Assembly: GCA_963778655.1 (NCBI GenBank)
Contig: CAVZVA010000002.1
Location: 96,001-160,000, forward strand
From: an uncultured delta proteobacterium
Lineage (GTDB): Bacteria; Myxococcota_A; Polyangia; Polyangiales; JAFGIB01
Direction: 5' to 3'
Length of the DNA stretch: 64,000 bases
In this document: positions 19,744 to 28,444 of the stretch, piece after piece
How the letters are laid out: every line of letters starts with the position of its first letter
Numbering within the stretch: the stretch's first letter is position 1
The notes under the pieces: generated by a model
What the model saw: the letters and a program-made list of their open reading frames with translations, nothing else
What the model was told of the DNA's origin: nothing
The model's database searches: none
Translations under genes and position numbers: made by a program

Positions 19744-21154
19744 GGGATCATCTGCCAGCGCGTTTTCCGACCCCTTCCACCGCAACCGGGACAGCGAGCG
19801 GCCGATACGGGGGCATGGACGCCAAGCCCAAGCCCCGCAAACGCTCGCGCCCGCTGCGGGTCGAGTCCAATGATGTGCTGTGGTTCGTCACCTGCCGCGT
19901 GATCGAGGAGCGCTTCTGGCTGCACCCGATCCTCAGTACCGGCCTCGCCCCGCCCAACCGCAAGGGCCGCCGCGCCTGTGCCGCCCTGCAGCAGCACGCC
20001 GACAAGCGCCTGGCGACCCTGGTCAAGCGCGCCAACGCCCGCCGTGGCCCCTACCAGCCCGAGCTGCAGCTCGAGGATGCCAAGCGCTGCGCCCGCGGCC
20101 TCATCGGCAGCGCCCTGGCCCGGGCCCAGAAGCGCTACAAAGTCCAAGTGTTCGCCCTGGTGGTGATGAGCAACCACGTGCATCTGGTGGTCAAGACCAC
20201 AAAGAAGAACCTCGCCGAATTCATGGGCTACTTCAAGGCGCGCGTGGCCGAGTCCATCAACGCGCTCACCGGCAAGCGTGGCCCGCTGTGGGCACGCCGC
20301 TACGACGCCCAACCCGTCATCGATGACCAGGGCGCCGCCGACCGCGTCGCCTACACGCTCGACAACCCATGCAAGTCGAACCTCGTGGCGGACCCCGAGC
20401 ACTGGCCTGGCCTGAACCTGGCGTTCGGGGTCGGCGACGCCGACGTGCTGCCCTTCGAGTTCCTCAATCGCACGGCCTGGCACCGCGCCAAGCGGCCGGC
20501 TTCGTTGGCTCGGTTCTACCAGACGGTCACGCTCGAGCTCTCTCCGATCCCCAGCTGCCAGGGCATGCCGCGGGAGCTGTACCGCACGTCGCTGTTGAGC
20601 TGGGTGCAAGCCTCGCGCAGCAAGACCGGCGCTGAGCCCCGCACGGCTTGGGGCGCAGCGCTGGGCGTGGAGCAGGTCGTGTACACCGGCTTCGACGCGC
20701 GGCCCAAGCACGCCTCGTTTCGGCGGCGGCCCTACGTCTTTGGCGCCCCGCAAGCGCGTCAGGAACACACGCGCGCGATGATGGAGCTCTTGGGCGGCTA
20801 TGGCGTATGCTCCGACCGCTTCAGAAGCGGCCAGCGCATGACGCCGTTCCCAGAAGGCACCTACCCGCCGCCATTGCGTCAAGCCGCGTAGGTCACGCTC
20901 TGACCGGACGTTTACCTGCCCGACATGACGTCGAGGGCAGGGGCAGTTGATGATGGCCGAGGCGTGCGCGCGTCCCGTTCTCGGCTGCCAACACGTCGGG
21001 GTCGCGCCGCGCCGCCCGCGCCGCGTGCCGTCGTCGAGCGCGATGGCCGCGCTCCGGTCGGAGCTCCTGTCGCCAGCACCGCCCGCCAAGAACGCGCTGC
21101 CCGAGAGACCGCAGAAAACGCGCTGCCCGAGAAAACGCGCTGGCAGATGATCCC
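19744..21154 (+). mobile_element. RAYT-like unit bounded by perfect 24-bp inverted repeats
   Basis: GGGATCATCTGCCAGCGCGTTTTC at 19744-19767 and its reverse complement at 21131-21154; AACGCGCTG repeated three times near the right end. Confidence 0.85.
19815..20891 (+). CDS. REP-associated tyrosine (HUH/Y1) transposase
   Basis: FVTCR, VMSNHVHLVV (HUH), LWARRY, YTLDNPCKSNLV..PEHWPG. Confidence 0.88.
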   Translation: MDAKPKPRKRSRPLRVESNDVLWFVTCRVIEERFWLHPILSTGLAPPNRKGRRACAALQQHADKRLATLVKRANARRGPYQPELQLEDAKRCARGLIGSALARAQKRYKVQVFALVVMSNHVHLVVKTTKKNLAEFMGYFKARVAESINALTGKRGPLWARRYDAQPVIDDQGAADRVAYTLDNPCKSNLVADPEHWPGLNLAFGVGDADVLPFEFLNRTAWHRAKRPASLARFYQTVTLELSPIPSCQGMPRELYRTSLLSWVQASRSKTGAEPRTAWGAALGVEQVVYTGFDARPKHASFRRRPYVFGAPQARQEHTRAMMELLGGYGVCSDRFRSGQRMTPFPEGTYPPPLRQAA

Positions 21155-21184
21155 CGGGATCGCAGCACGCGAAGGATCACCAAG

Positions 21185-21511
21185 ATGGACCAACTGACAC
21201 GAGCTAGACAGGCACTCGCCCGCAAGCGGGCACGCTCGACCAATCTTGACTACTCGGGACCGATCCCGGAGTGGCCGAGCGCAGACCAGGAGTTTCCCGA
21301 GGACGAGCTGATCTACGTCGCGGTCAACCGCGAGCGAGCAGGAGTGGTCGAGGTGCTCGACAGCAACGGCTACCCGACCGGACTACCTCGCGCTCAAGAG
21401 CAGACGGTTGCCGACATCCGCGCCGCCTACGCGGCGGTCAATCGGTGGTGGTGGTCGCTGCCCGCGGACAAGAGGTTCTCGTTGCGGGTGCCAAGCGTCG
21501 GTGAACCATGA
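21185..21511 (+). CDS. Hypothetical protein
   Basis: 108-aa ORF with ATG start and plausible composition. Confidence 0.45.
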   Translation: MDQLTRARQALARKRARSTNLDYSGPIPEWPSADQEFPEDELIYVAVNRERAGVVEVLDSNGYPTGLPRAQEQTVADIRAAYAAVNRWWWSLPADKRFSLRVPSVGEP

Positions 21512-21728
21512 TCGCTGCATCCGGAACGAAGGAGGCGCCGATCGACGCCTCTCACCCCGCTAGAGTCCGGTTCCAGCACTTTCGTCCCCGCGGGAACGGC
21601 GCCACCGAACATCTACCTGACCCGCTTCGGCCCCGTGAGCACGGCCGAAGGCGAAGAGGCGTACCGCGAGCACTTGATGTCGATGGTGTGAGCGGTGGAG
21701 TGGGCGGTGCGGCAACCCTGCTCACGGC

Positions 21729-23951
21729 TCAGTCGTCGTCGGCATCCTCAAGGACACGTTCCTCCGGCCCAATCATCTGCATGCGGCCCGCGAGCACGTC
21801 GGTCGCCATTTGGAGTGCCTTGGCCATTCTCTCGTCGCCTGTCGGCGCAGGGCCAGCCTCTACGGCCGCTCGAAGCAGTTTGCGCAACTCGTCCTCTCCG
21901 CCGGCCAACTTCTTGAGCGCCGACCACGGTAGGGCCGGCTTCTTTGTTACCGCAACTGAGTCCATTCCCCACCGCATGTCCTCGGAGAGCCTGCTCGCCA
22001 GCATCGCTCGAAAAAAACCTGAGTGTTCCAGGAACACATGAAGCCGAGGATCGAACGTCTCCGTCGATTCGTCATAGGCCATCTGGACAGCCAGGGCCGG
22101 CTCGCGTTCGGTCATGAGCCGTCCCGGTGTCGAATCAAGAACTTCCGCCCTCAATTCGTCGAGCATGGTCTTCGCGACCGTCTCATTGATCAGAGGCTCC
22201 TGGTCCTTGTGCCGCTGCGCCAACCCCACGATGACGGCTCGCCAAGAAAACGACGAGGTTCGACTCAGGATTGATCGCAACGCTTCTACCCGCCGGTTCT
22301 CGCCGTCAGCGGCTCGCAGGGTCCAGAGAATGAGACGCGACACCACCATGTCGGCACCGGGATCGAACGGATGTGTACGACCGCGACGGAGGCGGTCGGC
22401 ATGCCGCAGCACTGCAACGAGCCCGTTCTCGAAGGCGCACTTCGCCAGGTCGGCCGCATGGTCCTCCATTCGGCCAAGCGTAGCTTCCAGCTCCTCCGGC
22501 GATAGCTTGGCAAGAGTGTCGTCCACGGCACGCTCATCGCCAAAGCATTCAACGAGCGCCCGGAGCAAGGATGCCTTTGCGGCACCGTTTCGCACGGCCC
22601 GCTCCAAGTAGATGTCCAGCACCTCGGCACAAGCAACTCTCCGCTCGCGGCGCCAGCGTCGGAGCGATGACCCATCGTAGACGTGGTTGTCGATGGCGAA
22701 GCGGCTCATAGGGAACAGGAACTTGCAGAGACTGGTCAGCACGTCTTCGTGCGAGTCGCCGCCGAGCTTGAAAAACGCCTTCACGCGCTTCGCCGCCTCT
22801 TGTCGTTGGTGCCCAGCGGATGCGCGTCCGAACTGCCCCATTGCGAGCACGTCGGCGTACCCGGTCAAGGCATCGTAGACATCAGGAAGAAAGACTCGCA
22901 CCGCTTCGAGTGCCAAGACATCTTCAAGCGCAACTTCCTCTCCCAGCATGTCAACTGCGGGAAGCACGGCATTCAAGTACCGCCGCACATCACGGGGATG
23001 CTTCACCAGAGGGCGGATGACGCGAACGAAAATATCTTGCCAGTCCTTCTCGTGAAAGGGTCTATGGGGACGCCCCGAAATGCACCGATCCAATTCCTTC
23101 GGCAGCAGAGATCCGAGGATGTCGGGATCGAGCGGCGGAAGATCGAACGACGCTTGCACGATCTTCGCGAGGTACGCTCGACCCGTCATGTCCTCACTGC
23201 CAAGCGCACGCTCGACGCGAGTTCGATCGAAGACCAGCACGTAGGACACGTTCGGGAAGTCGGCCACGAGCCGCACCATTTTGAAGACGAGCCGAATCTC
23301 ATCGCCGTCGAGCCGATCGATGTCGTCAACGAAGACGACGATCCGACGACCGGCTTCACGTAGGGCCTTCTCGACCCGAGCCCTCGTGTCACGAATCGAT
23401 TCTCGCTCGGCTGTCTTCAGAGCCCCGCCGACCGAGCTTGTCACCCCCGCTTCCGCTGCTCCTGCGATCATCGCTCCGATCGGACCAAACGCCTTGAGGG
23501 CTCCCGAAAAGACGGCACCGCCGACTTCGAGCACCTTCCCGTAGGACTCGACCAGTTCACCGATGCGACCGAGGTTTCGATCCTTGCTGCCAAGCTGGAG
23601 CCCCAGCTCGCGCATGAACTGCGATGCGATCTGCTCGGTGCCCGAGAACAGCCACGGGTTGAACCAGACGACTTCGACTCCCTGCTCACGTAGTCGTTCC
23701 TCTGCCATGTGGAGCACCGAGGTCTTCCCCGCTCCCCACGCGCCCACGAGCGAGAACACGAGGCTCTGACCGTCGGGGACGCTGCCCACGTGCCGAGCGA
23801 GCGTGGAGGCGAAGTCGGCTCGTCGGAACAGATCGTCGGCGGCCCGTTGAACTGGACGGTCGGCATCGAGGGAAGCGCTCGCAGTTTTCGGTGTCGGCGC
23901 CGGCTTGGATGACTTGTCGCTGTCTCCCGTAGCCACGAAAGCGCCCCCCAC
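21729..23951 (-). CDS. KAP-family P-loop NTPase
   Basis: DDLFRR, GAWGAGKTS, WFNPWLFS, VFVDDIDRL, YLAKIVQ, PRDVRR. Confidence 0.9.
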   Translation of the reverse strand: MGGAFVATGDSDKSSKPAPTPKTASASLDADRPVQRAADDLFRRADFASTLARHVGSVPDGQSLVFSLVGAWGAGKTSVLHMAEERLREQGVEVVWFNPWLFSGTEQIASQFMRELGLQLGSKDRNLGRIGELVESYGKVLEVGGAVFSGALKAFGPIGAMIAGAAEAGVTSSVGGALKTAERESIRDTRARVEKALREAGRRIVVFVDDIDRLDGDEIRLVFKMVRLVADFPNVSYVLVFDRTRVERALGSEDMTGRAYLAKIVQASFDLPPLDPDILGSLLPKELDRCISGRPHRPFHEKDWQDIFVRVIRPLVKHPRDVRRYLNAVLPAVDMLGEEVALEDVLALEAVRVFLPDVYDALTGYADVLAMGQFGRASAGHQRQEAAKRVKAFFKLGGDSHEDVLTSLCKFLFPMSRFAIDNHVYDGSSLRRWRRERRVACAEVLDIYLERAVRNGAAKASLLRALVECFGDERAVDDTLAKLSPEELEATLGRMEDHAADLAKCAFENGLVAVLRHADRLRRGRTHPFDPGADMVVSRLILWTLRAADGENRRVEALRSILSRTSSFSWRAVIVGLAQRHKDQEPLINETVAKTMLDELRAEVLDSTPGRLMTEREPALAVQMAYDESTETFDPRLHVFLEHSGFFRAMLASRLSEDMRWGMDSVAVTKKPALPWSALKKLAGGEDELRKLLRAAVEAGPAPTGDERMAKALQMATDVLAGRMQMIGPEERVLEDADDD

Positions 23952-23987
23952 TCTTGGAACTTCCCCGGCCCCGAGTGTAGTACCACC

Positions 23988-24308
23988 ATGAATCCGTGTC
24001 GCACGCTTTCTGCGGCCTCCGGGCCAACGGCCGACCCGAATGCAGCTCCGGAGTCCCCCGGCCCGCAGAACGCCTCACAGAGCGTTCCCCGCGTGTGCGA
24101 GATCTGCGGACAACCGTTGCCGCCCGGAGCCCGCTCCACCGCGAGGACGTGCAGCTCGAAGTGCCGGTCCATCAAGTCCCGCCGGTCCCGCTTTCAGGCG
24201 CTGGCCGCCCGGCTTGAGCGATCGGAAGCTGTACTCCGACAAGCGGCCGACGACCTGGCCGAGTACCGGGCGATCGTCCAAACAAACATCGGGCGGGTGG
24301 CCCCATGA
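23988..24308 (+). CDS. Small Zn-ribbon protein
   Basis: CEICGQPL...TCSSKCR followed by a coiled coil; start uncertain. Confidence 0.55.
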   Translation: MNPCRTLSAASGPTADPNAAPESPGPQNASQSVPRVCEICGQPLPPGARSTARTCSSKCRSIKSRRSRFQALAARLERSEAVLRQAADDLAEYRAIVQTNIGRVAP

Positions 24309-24661
24309 GCCGGCGACGGTCCAGGAACCCGCGTTCCTCGGCGACCGTCACAAGGCAACGGTCGTCCAAACACGCGGCGGAACGATCGCGGACCCCGCGA
24401 CTCACCGCCGATCGCGATGCCGACGACAGCCACCTCGGCGGGTTGCTCGATGAACTGATCACCGCCGACGACAACTACAAGCGGCTCACCCGGCAAATCC
24501 TCGCCGCCCAGGATCGACTCCAAGCCCTCTGCAACGAGGACGCATGGGTCGCGTTCCTGGACACCGAGCAGCTCGTGACCGCGAGGGCGAACGTCACGTC
24601 GCTGCTGATCGCCAGGTGGGCCTTCACGGAAGGCCGCCGGCAACCACGCGGAGGTCGGTGA
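24305..24661 (+). CDS. Hypothetical protein
   Basis: ATGA coupling to the previous ORF. Confidence 0.55.
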   Translation: MSRRRSRNPRSSATVTRQRSSKHAAERSRTPRLTADRDADDSHLGGLLDELITADDNYKRLTRQILAAQDRLQALCNEDAWVAFLDTEQLVTARANVTSLLIARWAFTEGRRQPRGGR

Positions 24662-24664
24662 TCG

Positions 24665-24979
24665 ATGTCCCGCCATCACCTCGACCACCCGACCAAGCCC
24701 GGTGTCCAGGCCGCGTACGGACACGATCCCGTGATGGGGTTCTTCGTGGACGTGCTTCGCCATGATCGAACCATCAAGTCCTACGACTTCCTCCAGCCGT
24801 CCTTCAACAGAGCCCGGCCGCTCATGGGCGCGTTGGACTTCATGGTGGCCGAAGGCTTCTTCACTGCCGACCAATTGCACGCCGCACTCGTGTTCCTCCA
24901 GGACGGTGGCCGGCGGCCACCGAAGGGTGTGGCGAGGGTGGTTGGGATCGTCATGGAGATGAAGCGGGCTCCCGAGTGA
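24665..24979 (+). CDS. Hypothetical protein
   Basis: GGAGGT RBS and good codon bias. Confidence 0.6.
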   Translation: MSRHHLDHPTKPGVQAAYGHDPVMGFFVDVLRHDRTIKSYDFLQPSFNRARPLMGALDFMVAEGFFTADQLHAALVFLQDGGRRPPKGVARVVGIVMEMKRAPE

Positions 24980-24986
24980 AGCGGTC

Positions 24987-26107
24987 CTACAAGTTGCTAC
25001 CGTGAATCGAGGTCTCATACTGCGCGATGAGCTTCTGCTCGTCGGTGGCTTCCAGATATGCACGGACGGGCTCGAAGGCTGAACGTGCCTCTTCCAGTTC
25101 CCCTACGGCAGCAAGCGCGATTCCCAGAAACGCGGTGGCCCGCCAGGCCATCGCTTCGATAAGTGGGCTTCGAGGTTTGGCGCCAAGTTCGTTCAGGCCC
25201 CCTCTGATCTGCGTGATGGCGTTCCGATGGTCGCCGTTGCCGAGACATATTCGGCCACGGTAGATCTGTAGGACTGCACGAGCCACTTTCGGAAGCTCGT
25301 GACGCTCGGCTTCTGTGAGAGCTTCGGCAGCCTCGCGGAAGCGTTCTGCCCCCAACAGGAAGCCAGCGCAATCGACGTAATGAGAGCCCGTCGTGGGGCT
25401 CTTATCAATCGCCGCCCTGGCAAGCTCGATGGCTCCATCGTGATCATGCCTGGCAGCACGCAAGCTCGCCATTCGGATGCAGTGGCTGGCTTGCGCTGGT
25501 GTCCCGGCACCCGCGTAACGCTCAACTCGCTCCATCGCGTCTGCTTGGCGCCCAAGTCCGATGAGTGCCCGAGCGCAACGGAAATCGAGATCCTCCTGAA
25601 TCAACTTCAAAGGTCTCAACGTGCGCAGCACCGGCGCCAGCGCAAGAATTTCCGACCAACGATGCCACACGCTCGCATCCAGCATGCGCTTGTACAGCGC
25701 CGATGGAAGAACGGTCAGCAGGAACCACGCGACTGCTACGAGCGTCAACACCAGGGGCGTTGGCCGCAGATGGCCCGTCCTCCACCAGCTCCGAATCGCC
25801 AGAGCATCGCCGACCAATGCGAAACAGAAGGTCCAGCCCCAACCGGCTTTCAAGGCCCCGACAAGAACAGCGCGAAACGGTTTATGCAAAACGGCCCGTC
25901 CAACTCCTGTGCTGGACCCCGGCCGCGAGCACGCTCCTGGAGTGTTGCCCCCATGATGCCGGCCACGTACTCGTCGAACTCAAACACGATCTCGCGGTAG
26001 CCGAGCGCTTCGAGCTTGTTCCGTGCATCGGCGAGATCACCGGCGTCCACGCTCCGATGGAGGGTTCGGCCGTCCGCATCTTTGCACTGCGCGACAAACG
26101 TGGGCAT
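24987..26107 (-). pseudogene. Membrane TPR protein with PilC/GspF-like N-terminal motif, apparently frameshifted near 25890
   Basis: ORF 25850-26107 (MPTFVAQCKDADGRTL...ARNKLEALGY) overlaps ORF 24987-25889 (TM segments plus TPR-like helices). Confidence 0.5.
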
Positions 26108-26193
26108 GAACAGATCCTAGGACTGCTCGGCACGACCGAGGACACGCGGGTGGTCCAGGTGGTGGCTGGGTTCAAGGGGGCGGCCGAGTGACC

Positions 26194-26538
26194 TCACCGA
26201 TCCTCCTCCAACCCCGGCACCTTCACGACGTTCGTGACCATCGAGACGCACTCGATGTCGAACCACTCCCGGAACACCGACAGCGTTCGCTTCTTCGGCC
26301 AATCGGCTTCGAGACGCCACCACGCCACGAGTTCTTCCTCGAAGATCTTCGTGCAGCAGCGCTTCAGGATCCGTTCCAGCTCCTGTTCGTTCTCCCACTC
26401 AGAGATCAAGTAGGCGTTGCAGTCGGAACGCAGGTGTTCGAGGTCAACGTCGGTCGCCGGATCGGGCAAGCCACGAAGCCAGTCCACGAACGGCTGCTTC
26501 GGCTTCACGATCACGACGCCTCGGTTGATGGTGCCCAC
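26194..26538 (-). CDS. Conserved hypothetical protein
   Basis: INRGVVIVKPKQPFVDWL...IFEEELVAW...WPKKRT..FREWF, a widespread small-protein pattern. Confidence 0.7.
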   Translation of the reverse strand: MGTINRGVVIVKPKQPFVDWLRGLPDPATDVDLEHLRSDCNAYLISEWENEQELERILKRCCTKIFEEELVAWWRLEADWPKKRTLSVFREWFDIECVSMVTNVVKVPGLEEDR

Positions 26539-26553
26539 GGTCAGGGAACGCTC

Positions 26554-27585
26554 TCATGTGCCGGACGGCGGCTTCATTCCACCGGCAACGTTCACCATCG
26601 AGAACGCTCCGCCATCGGCACGCTCTTCCTTGCCGAAGCCCGTCGCTTGCTGCGAGAAGATGCACTCGGCTGCCTTGGTCAGGATCACTTCCTTGTTTGC
26701 TGCGTCCTTCGCGGCTTCCACGAGCGCCTTATACGTCACGAGGGCGTTCTGTCTGTGCTTGTTCACCACCGCGTTATGGCGATGGGCTAGGAAGTTGCGG
26801 GCGGAGAGCAACACGAACGAGGCGATCGTTGCGAAGACGAGGATCCTGCCCACGACCAACTGAACGGCCTCGAACCCGTTCGTCGGGGCGATCACCTTGA
26901 TCTTGTGCAGGAAGAGCGTCGTGACCGCATACAACCCGAGGCCGATAGTGGTCTTGTATGTTCGCGCGTACCAAATCGCAGCCGCCTTTTCGTGCACCTC
27001 CGCTTCCTCCTTGAAGTAGATGGCCTGCTGCGACACGCCCTGCTCGGCAGCAACCTTCCGAATTGCATCGAGGGCGTCATCGGCTTCCTTCTTGCGGGCA
27101 TCGAGTTCGGCCTTCAACTTGTTTGCGGAGTCCTGCACTGATTGCATGTGCCCACGGGCCTCGCGTTCCAGCGCCGCGAAATCCATCGAGCGTCGCACGG
27201 AGTACCCGATCACCACCTGGAGCTGCTGCCAGAGTGGGTCGTAGTCGTTCTCCACCTGAGCGACGAAGTTGTCGCGCGTTCCCTTCGGGTTCTGTCCCTC
27301 AACGTTGAAGGCTACCGCCTGTTGGAACCGATTGAACGTCGCGTCCGCCACATTCTTGATTGAGTCGAGGATCGCGACCGGAACACCGTCGAGGACATCG
27401 ACTGAGATTTGCCCGTAGAGGTCAACGAGCCGTTGTGCATGAGGCACCGCCGCCTCGAAGTTCAGGGTGCCGAGTTCCCCCGAACGCGCCAGGGTACTCG
27501 CGTCGAAGTTCTGAATGCGCACCAGCGACGCTACGGCTGCATCGAGCTTTTGCTGCCGCTCAGCCGAAATCACACGCTTCGCCAT
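26554..27585 (-). CDS. Coiled-coil protein with two C-terminal TM helices
   Basis: Heptad region, two hydrophobic helices, HNAVVNKHRQNAL...IFS tail; GGAGGT RBS. Confidence 0.7.
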   Translation of the reverse strand: MAKRVISAERQQKLDAAVASLVRIQNFDASTLARSGELGTLNFEAAVPHAQRLVDLYGQISVDVLDGVPVAILDSIKNVADATFNRFQQAVAFNVEGQNPKGTRDNFVAQVENDYDPLWQQLQVVIGYSVRRSMDFAALEREARGHMQSVQDSANKLKAELDARKKEADDALDAIRKVAAEQGVSQQAIYFKEEAEVHEKAAAIWYARTYKTTIGLGLYAVTTLFLHKIKVIAPTNGFEAVQLVVGRILVFATIASFVLLSARNFLAHRHNAVVNKHRQNALVTYKALVEAAKDAANKEVILTKAAECIFSQQATGFGKEERADGGAFSMVNVAGGMKPPSGT

Positions 27586-27799
27586 CGGTACCTCCAACCT
27601 CCACTACTCAAACACCTGGACAATCCCAACCCGCACCAGGGCGACGCCTCAAGATCTCGATCGCATCCCTGCCCCCTCATCCGCCTCCCCCATCTCCCCT
27701 ACGCCCATCCACCACCGCCCCGAACAGCAGCCCCGTCACGAGGGGCCAAATGCCGAAGGGGCTGACAGACTGGCTTCCCCAAGATCACGCCGGCCTTCA

Positions 27800-28444
27800 T
27801 CACGATCGAGTTTTGGCACCATCCAGGTCAAAGCGAGCACTTCGAGTCCACTGCACCGATAGCAACAAACCTCCTAAGGCCAGGACAAGAGCCGCCGCGT
27901 CGAAGACTGACCTCCCCTCGCGCCAACCCGCAGTGGCATCATCATAGGAGACAATCACGGTCCCCCCATGCACGACTTGCCACACGAGAACGCCTCTGCG
28001 GTACTCTTCGATACGGACTTTTAGCCTCTCGCCCGGCTGGAGGCCATGAAACGCGCCGTCCCGCGATGGAGGCCAAGTGGGCTCAAGCAGAGTGCCACGC
28101 TCATCGTGTATTTTTGGTCGCCCCGACATGTCCTGACCACCAAATAGAGCAACCGTCTCATGGTATTTCGACACCGGCGGTATGCTCATGAAACTCCCAA
28201 ATCCAAAGACGAGGGCCGAGCACATCAAGAACATCATGGACCAGGCAAACAGTGCCGGTCTCGTGTAGCACCACAGGTTTCGAAGGAACACGTAGACGCG
28301 CCAAAAAATCAGAATTGCAAGCGCGAACCACGCCCTGTTTGCGGACGTTGCCCAAATCGTGCCCAGTACCAGACCCACGGCCACGGTCGCGCAGAGCATC
28401 GCGAAGCGTCGGATGCTCCGTGTTTCGGTCACATCAGCGTTCAT
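27800..28444 (-). CDS. Membrane protein, candidate immunity protein for the RHS toxin
   Basis: Overlaps the RHS stop, has lower GC and about four TM segments. Confidence 0.6.
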   Translation of the reverse strand: MNADVTETRSIRRFAMLCATVAVGLVLGTIWATSANRAWFALAILIFWRVYVFLRNLWCYTRPALFAWSMMFLMCSALVFGFGSFMSIPPVSKYHETVALFGGQDMSGRPKIHDERGTLLEPTWPPSRDGAFHGLQPGERLKVRIEEYRRGVLVWQVVHGGTVIVSYDDATAGWREGRSVFDAAALVLALGGLLLSVQWTRSARFDLDGAKTRS

